A stretch of DNA of 46,643 nt, taken from the NCBI GenBank assembly GCA_052390515.1, contig JBQTGV010000086.1, positions 1 to 46,643 of the forward strand, written 5' to 3'. The notes beneath the pieces are model-generated. The model worked only from the letters and a program-made list of their open reading frames with translations. It did no database searches and was not told the origin of the DNA. Origin of the DNA: Candidatus Eiseniibacteriota bacterium. Lineage in GTDB: Bacteria > ARS69. This document shows, one piece after another, positions 1 through 8,700 of this stretch. Both the position numbers and the translations under genes were made by a program. Within the stretch, counting starts at the first letter, position 1; every line of letters starts with the position of its first letter.

Positions 1-602
1 GGGGGTGGCGCCCCGCCGCCCGCCAGCACGCCCTCCCCGCCCACGACCGACGTCTGGTTCGGGTTGTCGTGCGCGGCGACGTAGAGCTTCGCGCCGTCCG
101 TAGAAAGCGCCCGCGACCGGGGGTCGCTGTGCAGGAGCGGAATGTCGGTGGGCGGCAACGTCAGGTTGGTCAGGTCGTACGCGGCGATCGTGTCCAGCTG
201 CGAGAGGCACACGAACGCGCGGTTCTGCGCCTCGACGAACGCGACGTCGGTGGGCTCGTCCCCGGTGCGGATCGTCCGGACCACGGTCATCTGGCTCACG
301 TCGACCACGTTCACCGCGTCCGAGATGTGGCAGACCACCCACGCCTCGTTGTTGCTGCGTGCGCGCACGGTCACCGGCTCGTAGCCGACCGCCACCTTCC
401 CGATCCGGACCGGACCGGCGGTGCCGGTCAGATCGAAGACCGCGAGCTCGTTGCCGGCGGTGTGGACGACGAAGAGCTTCGTTCCGTCGGGCGAGATCTC
501 GACGGGGTGAACGTGACCGCTTTCGAACTGGTCGACGGTGATCGCTGCGGCAGGGACCGCCAGAAGAAGTCCCAAGACCGGCATGCGGAGGACCCTGCGC
601 AT
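1..602 (-). CDS. Secreted YVTN/YncE-type beta-propeller protein, 3'-truncated by the window edge; paralog of 2171..4912
   Basis: Hand translation from ATG at 602 (AGGAG upstream) gives MRRVLRMPVLGLLLAVPAAAITVDQFESGHVHPVEISPDGTKLFVVHTAGNELAVFDL..., near-identical to the N-terminus of the 2171..4912 protein. It is absent from the ORF track because it runs off the edge. Confidence 0.9.
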   Translation of the reverse strand, partial: MRRVLRMPVLGLLLAVPAAAITVDQFESGHVHPVEISPDGTKLFVVHTAGNELAVFDLTGTAGPVRIGKVAVGYEPVTVRARSNNEAWVVCHISDAVNVVDVSQMTVVRTIRTGDEPTDVAFVEAQNRAFVCLSQLDTIAAYDLTNLTLPPTDIPLLHSDPRSRALSTDGAKLYVAAHDNPNQTSVVGGEGVLAGGGAPP

Positions 603-798
603 CGGATGCTCCTGGGCGGGGGGATTCCGAGAGGAAAGCTGAGATTGTAACAGACAGAGCCAGGCGTGATGGCGGATTCCCCCGAATCCGGCGTGCGCTT
701 CAGATGGCCGGGCCATGACTGAGCGCTAGGCTAGGGAGAATAGCCCGTCGTGCGGCGGCGTGGCGCCGAGGGGTCGGTTCCGGGATCTCGGGGCCGGA

Positions 799-1842
799 TT
801 AGCCCGCGTCGACGATCGCCCGGATCTTCTCGAGCACCTTGGCCAGGCCGGCGGTCGTCTTGAGGACGTTGTGCGGGGTGGCCGGGAGGACGTCCACGGA
901 GGTCTGCTGAGCGGTGATCATGCTCACGTAGAGCCGCGCCTGCGGCTCGATGAACCCCAGGTCCGGGTCCTGGTCCCCCAGGAGGACCGAGACGATCGTG
1001 TTCGGGTAGTCGAGGTCCGCCTCGCTCCCGAGGATCGACATGCAGTCGAACGACGGGTCGGCCAGGTCCGGACGCATCTGCTCGCACGGTCTCTGGCCGG
1101 TCAGGTCGAACCAGGTGCGGTCATCCAACCCCCTCCGCAGGACCACGTCGGTGCTCGACGTGCAGACCGTGTCGAGCACGATGAACGTCGGTCCCGCGCC
1201 GTACACGATGCCGTCCAGCAGTTCGTGCAGCTTGTGGTTCGCCACCGCGGCAGCGCCGGTGGCCGCCCCGGCGCTGCTGCCGAAGTATCCCAGGACTCCT
1301 TCGGCGATGCCGTTGGCGACCAGCCAGTGGTACATGTCGACGTACACCACGGAGAGGTTCACGTCGCCGTTGCGTGGTGATGCTCCCCGCCCGCCGACGA
1401 ACCTCGTCTCGATGCTTCGCACCTGGTCCTGCGCGGCCAGTTGATCCTGAGCCTGGATCGCGAGGTTTTGTCCGTCGCGGAAGAACGTGTCGCTGGCGGC
1501 GCCGGTGAGCCAGGTGAAGGAACCGCGCACGGTCTGGCCGACGAGATTCCAGCGGACTTCGAGCGGGTAGACCGCGCCGTTGATGTTCGCCGTGGACTCC
1601 AGGGTCACGCAATTCCAGCCGGCCCAGTTGGGGCCGTCATTGCAGGGTTGCGGACCACTGAGGACACGGATGGTCGAGGCGCTGCGGACCGCGACGGGGC
1701 ACGTTTTGACGACCGGATCGGGGTCGTCGTCGTCGTCGGACGCGCCGTCCCCGTTTCCGTCAGTGTCGGCCGGATCGATGGAGCTGCTGCAGGCGGCCAC
1801 GAGGAACGCGATCACCCCGGCCCGAACGATGCCTCTCCACAT
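799..1842 (-). CDS. Lipoprotein with alpha/beta-hydrolase fold (putative esterase/peptidase)
   Basis: Lipobox LVAA-C, acidic linker, nucleophile elbow GSSAG, candidate Asp (GDQDPD) and His (ATPHN) near the C-terminus. Confidence 0.75.
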   Translation of the reverse strand: MWRGIVRAGVIAFLVAACSSSIDPADTDGNGDGASDDDDDPDPVVKTCPVAVRSASTIRVLSGPQPCNDGPNWAGWNCVTLESTANINGAVYPLEVRWNLVGQTVRGSFTWLTGAASDTFFRDGQNLAIQAQDQLAAQDQVRSIETRFVGGRGASPRNGDVNLSVVYVDMYHWLVANGIAEGVLGYFGSSAGAATGAAAVANHKLHELLDGIVYGAGPTFIVLDTVCTSSTDVVLRRGLDDRTWFDLTGQRPCEQMRPDLADPSFDCMSILGSEADLDYPNTIVSVLLGDQDPDLGFIEPQARLYVSMITAQQTSVDVLPATPHNVLKTTAGLAKVLEKIRAIVDAG

Positions 1843-2067
1843 GGCTGCGGCTCCTCATGCAGCGGATCTCGCCCGCGCCGATCTTAAGGGCAAGGCGACG
1901 CCGGCGTAAGGGCGAGCTACCGAGGGGGAGACACTCCGGATAACGGCGTGTTGGCTCGGCGCTTTGAGCGACGGCCGGCCTCGGGGCGCCCCGTCCGCAG
2001 CCGGCGGAGACACCGCACTTCGCCGCGAAGCGAAAACGGGGGACCGGAGCCCCCCGTGGAACCGGGT

Positions 2068-2086
2068 TTGTTCAACGATTGAGCAA
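2068..2086. promoter_or_regulatory. AT-rich inverted repeat, candidate operator
   Basis: TTGTTCAA-cga-TTGAGCAA (7/8 palindromic) in a GC-rich intergenic region upstream of the hydrolase. Confidence 0.45.
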
Positions 2087-2113
2087 TCTTCGCCCCACCG
2101 CCACGTTCACCTG

Positions 2114-2186
2114 GCGGCGCGGCGTCGCCCTGCTGCCGCGGCACCACCGGCGCGGCGCGGCATCGCCCTGCTACCGCAGCACCACC
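2114..2186. repeat. Tandem 35-bp direct repeat (period 38) duplicating the 3' end of the di-heme gene
   Basis: gcggcgcggcGtcgccctgctGccgcGgcaccacc (2114-2148) vs gcggcgcggcAtcgccctgctAccgcAgcaccacc (2152-2186). Confidence 0.85.
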
Positions 2187-4912
2187 ACGCGCTGGCCGGT
2201 GCTTCCCGCGTCCGTCGTCAGGCGCACGAAGTACGTGCCCGACGACACGCGCCGCCCGCGGGAATCGAGCAGATCCCAGGTCCGCTCGAACCGACCGGCC
2301 TGCTCGCTCGGGCTGCTGATCAGCGTCCGCACGCAGCGGCCCATCACGTCGAAGACCCGCAGCTGCACCGGCCCGGTCCGCGACATCTGGTAGGCCAGAC
2401 GGCTCTCGCTCCGCGCCGGGTTGGCGCCGCTCAACCAGAGCCGGTCGGCAGCCCCACCGGCGAAGAACGGCGCGCCGACGAAGTCGAGCGGCGTCGAGTT
2501 GGGGTCGTCCGGATCCGCGCCCACGTCGAGCTCGTCGCGGTCCCGGAAGCCGTCCTCGTCGCGATCGATGCCCAGGCGGACCTGCTCGCCGAGGAGAACC
2601 GCCGTGAACGTGATCTCCGTCCCCGGACCGGCACCGGCCACGAGCTGGGTCAGGGACAGCGGCGGCTCCGTGGCCCGGTCCGGCGCCCAGTTACCGGGAT
2701 TCCGCACCCACCCTCGGTTCTCGCCGTTGCCGTCGCGGCCCTTGGCGATCAACCCGATCCGATTCTGGGCGGCCAGCTGCACCAACGAGTCCACGCGCGC
2801 CTGACCGTTCGTACCGTCCATCGTGAACTGCGCGCCGACCGCGGGATGCGTCGTGCCGGAGCCGAACGCGTGCATGAACGCCTCCACGTCGATCCGCTCG
2901 GCGTCCGTGTTGAACGTGAAGACCGGGAAGTCCGTGAAGTACGAGAACAGATCCGCGAAGGCGCCGTCGTGCAGGAAGCCGAAGCCGCGGACGGTCGTGC
3001 CCGCCTCCGGCGTGTAGCGCGTCTTCTCGTGCAGGTTCCTGAGGTGGGGGATGACCATGTCCTGGTTCCCCTCGACGTTGACCGGCGTGATGATCGTGCC
3101 GCGCTTGCCGGTGGGCAGGAAGTGGCAGTCCACGCAATCGGTCACGCCGATCTGGGCGAAGAGCGCACCGGTCTGGAACAGATTGAACCCGTTCTGCGCG
3201 TTGCCGCCGTTGAAGCTCACCGCCGGGAACGAGTTGTCCAGGTTCCGCATGGGGCTGGGCGAGGTCAGCATGCTGGTCACGAAGCTCTGCAGGTTGCTCA
3301 TCTGCCCCGGCGTGGGCTCGCCCGCCCTTCCCTGCACGTCGGTGAACGCGCCGCTGAAGTCCGAGAACGTCGCGAAGTCCCCTCGCCAGTGGAACGGGGC
3401 GCTGTTGGCGACGCCCTTGAGCGTCTGCGTCACCATCGGGCCCTTGATGGGATGCCAGCCGTTGAGCGCCCCGCCCCCCTGCGGAGGAGGAGGCGTGAAC
3501 GCGCCCACCGGACTTCCCAGCTCCCACGCGATTCCGTCGTTGTCGCCGAAGAGGTGGCAGCTCGCGCACGCCAGGTCGCCGTGCGCGGACATTCCCTCGG
3601 CATCGTACAAGAGCGGCCGCCCGCTCAGGATCGCCGTGGAGGTCGGATCGAACCCGAGGCCGAGCGTGAACGACGAGTCGTCGGAGAGATCCACGACCGA
3701 GATGTTGCTGTCGAAGCGGTTCACGACGTAGAGCCGGTTGCGTTGCTCGTCCAGCACAACGCCCGTGGGCCCGCCTCCGACCGGGATCCTCCGCGTGACG
3801 TTCCCCGCGGCGTCCAGGACGCCCACCTTGTCGGAACCCAGCGCCGCGACGTATATCTCCGCGCCGTTCGACGAGACGTCCATGTCCAGCGGGAGAGCCA
3901 GGCTCAAGGAACGCTCCACCGGATCACCGGGCGCGGCATAATTGATGTGCGGGTTGAGGTGGATCGGCGTGACGACTCCCGTGCCCGGCACGATCGTCGT
4001 GACGCGGTTCTTGGAGAACTTGCCCACGAGGTTCGGCTCGAAACGGATCTCGTTCGACGCTTCCAGGTTGGTCACGTAGAGCGTGCCCGTCACCGGGTGC
4101 ACCAGGATGTTGAACAGGTTCGTTCCCACGCCCTTGTACGCGGTGCCGACGGACAGCGTGGACGTGTTGATCGGGATGACGTCGTGGTCGAGCAGCGTGT
4201 ACGGGACGCCCCACGTCTGCCCGAGCTCGTCCTTCCAGGACGTGCCGTCGTGTCTCACGATCAGTCCTACTGCGGGCTCGGGGCCGAGCAGCGGATCCAT
4301 CGGCGGGTTCGGCGCCGGCCTGGCGCCGAAGTTCAGGACGCGCTGCCAGGAGACGATCGTCGTCTTGTTCTGGCTGTCCAGCGCCGCCACGTACACCGTC
4401 GAGCCGTCGGGCGAGAGAGCCAGCGACCGCGGCTCGCTGTGATTCAGCGCGATGTTCGTGGGCGGCAGCGTCAGGTCGGTCAGGTCGTAGACCGCGATCT
4501 TGTCATCCTGCGACACGCAGACGAACGCGCGGTTCTGCGATTCCACGAACTGCACGTCGGTCGGCTCGTCCCCGGGAAGCAGCGTGCGCACGATGCTCAT
4601 CGTGTTCACGTCGATGATGTTGACGGCGTCCGAGACGTGGCCGATGACCCACACTTCGTCGTTGTTGCGCGCGCGCACGGTGACGGGCTCGTAGCCCACG
4701 GCCACCTTGCCGATTCGGACGGGCACAGGACCGGTGAGATCGAAGACGGCCAGCTCGTGATCGGCGGTGTGGACGACGAACAGCCTCGTCCCGTCGGGGG
4801 AAAGCTCGATCGGGTGGACGTGGGCGCTCTCGAACTGCTGCGTGGTGACGGCAACGCTCACGGACGGCAACACAAAGCACAGAGACGCAATGAACTGCCA
4901 GAATCGATTCAT
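2171..4912 (-). CDS. Secreted YVTN beta-propeller + di-heme c (cytochrome c peroxidase/MauG-like) protein with Ca-binding DxDxDG motif and FlgD-Ig C-terminal domain
   Basis: Start reassigned to ATG 4912 (MNRFWQFIASLCFVLPSVSVA, GGAG RBS). SPDG..LYV propeller repeats, CxxCH motifs CASCH and CVDCH, DRDEDGFRD, and tail NPA..VFDVMGR.VRTL..WD..D..GR.V.SGTYFVRL. Confidence 0.85.
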   Translation of the reverse strand: MNRFWQFIASLCFVLPSVSVAVTTQQFESAHVHPIELSPDGTRLFVVHTADHELAVFDLTGPVPVRIGKVAVGYEPVTVRARNNDEVWVIGHVSDAVNIIDVNTMSIVRTLLPGDEPTDVQFVESQNRAFVCVSQDDKIAVYDLTDLTLPPTNIALNHSEPRSLALSPDGSTVYVAALDSQNKTTIVSWQRVLNFGARPAPNPPMDPLLGPEPAVGLIVRHDGTSWKDELGQTWGVPYTLLDHDVIPINTSTLSVGTAYKGVGTNLFNILVHPVTGTLYVTNLEASNEIRFEPNLVGKFSKNRVTTIVPGTGVVTPIHLNPHINYAAPGDPVERSLSLALPLDMDVSSNGAEIYVAALGSDKVGVLDAAGNVTRRIPVGGGPTGVVLDEQRNRLYVVNRFDSNISVVDLSDDSSFTLGLGFDPTSTAILSGRPLLYDAEGMSAHGDLACASCHLFGDNDGIAWELGSPVGAFTPPPPQGGGALNGWHPIKGPMVTQTLKGVANSAPFHWRGDFATFSDFSGAFTDVQGRAGEPTPGQMSNLQSFVTSMLTSPSPMRNLDNSFPAVSFNGGNAQNGFNLFQTGALFAQIGVTDCVDCHFLPTGKRGTIITPVNVEGNQDMVIPHLRNLHEKTRYTPEAGTTVRGFGFLHDGAFADLFSYFTDFPVFTFNTDAERIDVEAFMHAFGSGTTHPAVGAQFTMDGTNGQARVDSLVQLAAQNRIGLIAKGRDGNGENRGWVRNPGNWAPDRATEPPLSLTQLVAGAGPGTEITFTAVLLGEQVRLGIDRDEDGFRDRDELDVGADPDDPNSTPLDFVGAPFFAGGAADRLWLSGANPARSESRLAYQMSRTGPVQLRVFDVMGRCVRTLISSPSEQAGRFERTWDLLDSRGRRVSSGTYFVRLTTDAGSTGQRVVVLR

Positions 4913-5251
4913 CGAGGACGCTCCGGGGGGAGCCATCAGCGCATGCCCGTCGGTCGAACGACGCGGGGGGCGGGGGCGCAGTAATCTCCTGGAACTGTAC
5001 CACAACGCGATGACTCGGCGCGGAGAGTCGTGTTCGGGGGGCACGGCCCGTGGCTCGCCGCGACCGGCGCCGCCTCGCGCGGGCGGCGGAAACCGGTCGG
5101 CCCACCCGCCGCCTGGCCGCAACCTCATGCCATCGCGCCGGTTCCCGGATCGGGAACGCCGGCGCGGGCCGAGGCGGCACCGGAAGCGAGACCCGCCCGG
5201 GCACCGCGGCGGCCACCTAAAGACCCGGCGCCGGGCCGCCGAACAGCTCTC

Positions 5252-5659
5252 ATGGAGTGCTTCTACCACGCGGGCGCGCCGGCGGTCGGCTCGTGCCGCT
5301 CCTGCCTCAAGGGCCTGTGCCGGAGCTGCGCCGTCGAGCTCGAGGGCGGGCTCGCCTGTCCGGATCGCTGCGAAGAGCAGGTGCGCGCGATCGTCGCCGC
5401 GCTGCAACAGAGCGCCCGCTACCAGAGCGTCTCGACCGGCCTGCTGAGGTCCGCTCGCGGTCTGTGGTCCGGGCTCACCGTCGTCGCCCTGTTCGTCGGC
5501 CTCTTCGTCGCGGTGTGGGGCCTGAGCCTCCCGGCCTTCCGCGAGATCGCCGCGCTCGGTATTCCCTTCCTGGCGCTCGCGCTGATCACGGCACGCCTGG
5601 CGCGGAACACGCGCCGGGCCGACGCGCCCTCCGAGCGGGAGCACGCACCCGCCGCCTGA
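5252..5659 (+). CDS. B-box-type zinc-finger membrane protein
   Basis: ATG 5252: MECFYHAGAPAVGSCRSCLKGLCRSC (CxxH-CxxC-CxxC), followed by two hydrophobic helices. Confidence 0.75.
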   Translation: MECFYHAGAPAVGSCRSCLKGLCRSCAVELEGGLACPDRCEEQVRAIVAALQQSARYQSVSTGLLRSARGLWSGLTVVALFVGLFVAVWGLSLPAFREIAALGIPFLALALITARLARNTRRADAPSEREHAPAA

Positions 5660-5794
5660 CGCAGTGGCGTCTCCTTGTGGGTCGAGTTGCCTCGGTGGCG
5701 AGGGCGGGCGTAAGCTCAAGACAGCGCGCCCCCATCATCGCCCGCGATCGCCCTTCGCCGACGATCGCCGCTTTCCAGCCTGTGGAGAACGCCC

Positions 5795-8434
5795 ATGCGA
5801 GCCCGTCACGCCGCCTTCCTCGCCCCGGTCGTCGTGGCCGCGGCGTTCCTGCTTCGCCCCGACCCCCCGGAGGACCCGGCCCCGGCGGCCCCGCGCTTCC
5901 TGTACGACCCCGACTCCATCTCGGAGGAGGAGAAGAAGAGCGAAGGCCACGCGTGGGAGATGTTCGAGTGGTGGTACTCCCAGCGCGCGTACCCGAACGA
6001 GCTGATCCCGAAGGACGCGTACTGGAAGGCCTGGACCCACAAGCAGACGAACCTCCCCGCGCCGGACGACCTGCTGCGCTCGGCCACCTGGTCTTCCCTC
6101 GGACCCGACAACGTCGGCGGGCGGATGCTCGCCGTGGCCGTCGACCCCACCGACGTGAGCCGCGTCTGGGCGGGTGCGGCGAGCGGGGGACTGTGGCTCT
6201 CGACCACCGGGGGCGAAGGGGCGAACGCGTGGACGCGCGTCGAGACCGGGTTTCCTTCGCTCTCGGTGAGCGCCATCGTGCTCGATCCCGCGGATCCCGA
6301 CGTGATGTACATCGGCACCGGCGAGATCAGCCGCTACGTACGCCCGCTGGTCGGCACGCCGGGCGCCCGGGCCAGCTACGGCCTCGGCGTGCTCAAATCC
6401 ACCGACGGCGGCGTCACCTGGAACACGACCGGCCTCACCTGGACGTTCGACCAGACCCGCGCGGTCCTCGCCATGAAGGCCGGCCCCCTCGGCACGAACG
6501 TCGTCTGGGCCGCCACGAGCGAGGGGCTCTACAAGACGACCGACGCCGGAGCCAACTGGACGCTGTCCCACGCCGAGCTCATGGCCATGGACGTGGTAGT
6601 GGACCCGACGAACGCGAACGTCGTCTACGTGTCGCACGGTCAGATCGGTGTGCCGCCCGACGGGATCGCCGGCATCTACAAGACGACGAACGGAGGCACG
6701 AGCTGGACGCTGCTCGGCGGCGGCCTCCCCGCGACCGACTTCGGCCGGACCTCCCTGACCATCTCAGCCAACGGGCAGACGCTCTACGCCGGCGTGGCCA
6801 GCGCGACGGGCCACAACATCGTCGGCCTCTACCGCACGACGAACGGCGGCACCACCTGGACGAGCGTGAATTCCACCAACTTCACCGGCGGCCAGGCCTG
6901 GTACGACAACGTCGTCGCGGTTTCGCCCACGGACAACAACCTGGTGATCGCCGCCGGGCTCGACGTCTACCGCACGACCAACGGCGGCTCGAACCTGTCC
7001 CAGGTGGCGTTCTGGTGGGCAGGATACGGCGGAGTGATCCCCAACGGCGGCGACGAGGGCCCATCCGACTACGTGCACGCCGACCAGCACGCCATCACGT
7101 TCGAGCCGGGGAATCCGCAGACGGTCTACATCGGCTGCGACGGCGGCGTCTTCAAGTCGACCGATGGCGGGCAGAACTGGGACGGAAAGAACGGCGGACT
7201 GCAGACCACGCAGTTCTACGCCGGGTTCGCCGACGCGCCGACGTTCCCGCTGGCGCTCGGCGGGCTCCAGGACAACGGCACGCTGCTCTACACCGGCAGC
7301 CCGTCCTGGGACAAGACGTTCGGCGGCGACGGCGGCTGGTGCGCCATCGACCCGACGGACGAGCAGACGATGTACGAGGAGTACGTCTACTTGAACATGC
7401 ACAAGACGACGGACGGCGGCGCCAGCTGGAACGAGATCCACTCCCTTTCATCCGGATCCGCGAACTTCATCGCGCCGTTCGTGCTGGCGGAGTCCGCCCC
7501 GAACGTGATCTACGGCGGGATGCTCGCCGTGGAGAAGACCACGAACGGCGGGAACTCCTGGTTCTATCCCGACGGCGACTCGAACTGGAACGGCACGCAG
7601 GTGGCGACGATCGGAGTCTCACCGACCGATGCAGACCGGGTGATCGCAGGCACGGGCAACTCCGGGACGAGCCCGACGATGGAGGTGCGCTGGACGACGG
7701 ACGGCGGCGCGAACTGGAACACGGTGGCGGCCGGCCAGCTCCCCGTGCGCTACCCCACGGACTTCCACTACGACCGGAACGACGCGGACCGCATCTGGGC
7801 CACGTTCTCCGGCTATGGTACCGGCCACGTCTGGGAGTCCAGCGACGCCGGCGCCACCTGGACGGATCGCTCGGCGAACCTGCCCGACATCCCCATGCAG
7901 TGCGTCGCGCTGGACGAGGACCATCCCGGCCACGTCTACGTGGGAACGGACCTCGGCACCTATCAGTCGACGGACGGCGGCGCGTCGTGGCAGGACTTCA
8001 ACTCGGGCATGCCCATCGCCATGATCCTCGACTTGGTGGTGCACGGCCCGACCCGCACCATGCGCGCGGCCACCTTCGGCAACGGCATCTGGGAAGTGGG
8101 GCTGCCCGAGCCACAGATCACCGCCGCGCCGATCGCGGGGGGCGAAAGCGAAGGTCCGCTGCTCCGTCTCGGTGCCGGCCAGCCCAATCCCTTCCGCGAC
8201 CGCACCACCATCGAGTTCGCGCTCGACCGGCCCGGCGAGGTGCAGCTCACCGTGCACGACGCCGCGGGACGCCGGGTCCGCACGCTGGTCGACGGCCGGC
8301 GGGATGCAGGAACCGCCACCGCGGCCTGGGACGGGAGAGACGAGAGCGGGCAGCCGGTGGCCGCGGGCGTCTACTTCCTCACGCTGGAGGGCGCGGGAGG
8401 TTCGCGCTCCGGCAAGATCACGCTGCTCCGTTGA
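5795..8434 (+). CDS. BNR/Asp-box beta-propeller (VPS10/GH74-like) protein with FlgD-Ig C-terminal domain
   Basis: Many (S/T)xDGGxxW Asp-boxes, the WxSLGPxNVGGR start typical of this family, N-terminal hydrophobic segment, and tail PNPFRDRTTIEF...WDGRDESG..VAAGVYF. Confidence 0.9.
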   Translation: MRARHAAFLAPVVVAAAFLLRPDPPEDPAPAAPRFLYDPDSISEEEKKSEGHAWEMFEWWYSQRAYPNELIPKDAYWKAWTHKQTNLPAPDDLLRSATWSSLGPDNVGGRMLAVAVDPTDVSRVWAGAASGGLWLSTTGGEGANAWTRVETGFPSLSVSAIVLDPADPDVMYIGTGEISRYVRPLVGTPGARASYGLGVLKSTDGGVTWNTTGLTWTFDQTRAVLAMKAGPLGTNVVWAATSEGLYKTTDAGANWTLSHAELMAMDVVVDPTNANVVYVSHGQIGVPPDGIAGIYKTTNGGTSWTLLGGGLPATDFGRTSLTISANGQTLYAGVASATGHNIVGLYRTTNGGTTWTSVNSTNFTGGQAWYDNVVAVSPTDNNLVIAAGLDVYRTTNGGSNLSQVAFWWAGYGGVIPNGGDEGPSDYVHADQHAITFEPGNPQTVYIGCDGGVFKSTDGGQNWDGKNGGLQTTQFYAGFADAPTFPLALGGLQDNGTLLYTGSPSWDKTFGGDGGWCAIDPTDEQTMYEEYVYLNMHKTTDGGASWNEIHSLSSGSANFIAPFVLAESAPNVIYGGMLAVEKTTNGGNSWFYPDGDSNWNGTQVATIGVSPTDADRVIAGTGNSGTSPTMEVRWTTDGGANWNTVAAGQLPVRYPTDFHYDRNDADRIWATFSGYGTGHVWESSDAGATWTDRSANLPDIPMQCVALDEDHPGHVYVGTDLGTYQSTDGGASWQDFNSGMPIAMILDLVVHGPTRTMRAATFGNGIWEVGLPEPQITAAPIAGGESEGPLLRLGAGQPNPFRDRTTIEFALDRPGEVQLTVHDAAGRRVRTLVDGRRDAGTATAAWDGRDESGQPVAAGVYFLTLEGAGGSRSGKITLLR

Positions 8435-8700
8435 GGAAGCTCCTCGAGAGGGTCGCCCGCGAAGTGCGCATCGCCGGGCTCGTGCTCCGCGACCCGCGCA
8501 CGCCGTGGGCGTCCCGCATCCTGCTGGGTTGCTGCGTCGCGTACTTCCTCTCGCCCATCGACCTGATCCCGGACTTCATCCCGGTGCTCGGACAGCTCGA
8601 CGACGCCGTCATCGTCCCCCTGCTGCTCTTCGCCGGTCTGGCGCTCGTACCGGCCGAGGTGATCCGCGAGCATCGTGCGGGCGAGGGAGCCCGCCCTTGA
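8431..8700 (+). CDS. YkvA/DUF1232 family small membrane protein
   Basis: TTG start overlaps the upstream TGA (TTGA); signature YFLSPIDLIPDFIPVLGQLDD. Confidence 0.9.
   Translation: MRKLLERVAREVRIAGLVLRDPRTPWASRILLGCCVAYFLSPIDLIPDFIPVLGQLDDAVIVPLLLFAGLALVPAEVIREHRAGEGARP

Noticed and set aside
2114-2186. Possible DGR TR/VR pair (gene-end repeat with A/G-only mismatches)
   Set aside because: Only 35 bp long, the differences are T/C on the coding strand, it spans the stop codon, and there is no reverse transcriptase in the window.
1964-4984. Long opposite-strand or alternate-frame ORFs (also 5257..8700 except its YkvA end, 10754..15409, 14871..17294, 40052..43039 and many others)
   Set aside because: These are Arg/Ala/Pro-rich shadow frames of real genes, caused by stop-codon scarcity at high GC; they contain no recognisable motifs.
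4913-5719. N-terminal extension of the 1182-aa ORF; similar extensions on ORFs 8172, 15337, 19433, 21368, 23541, 29606 and 30425
   Set aside because: Downstream starts with RBS, signal peptide or stop-start overlap fit better, and the extensions overlap other genes or promoter regions.
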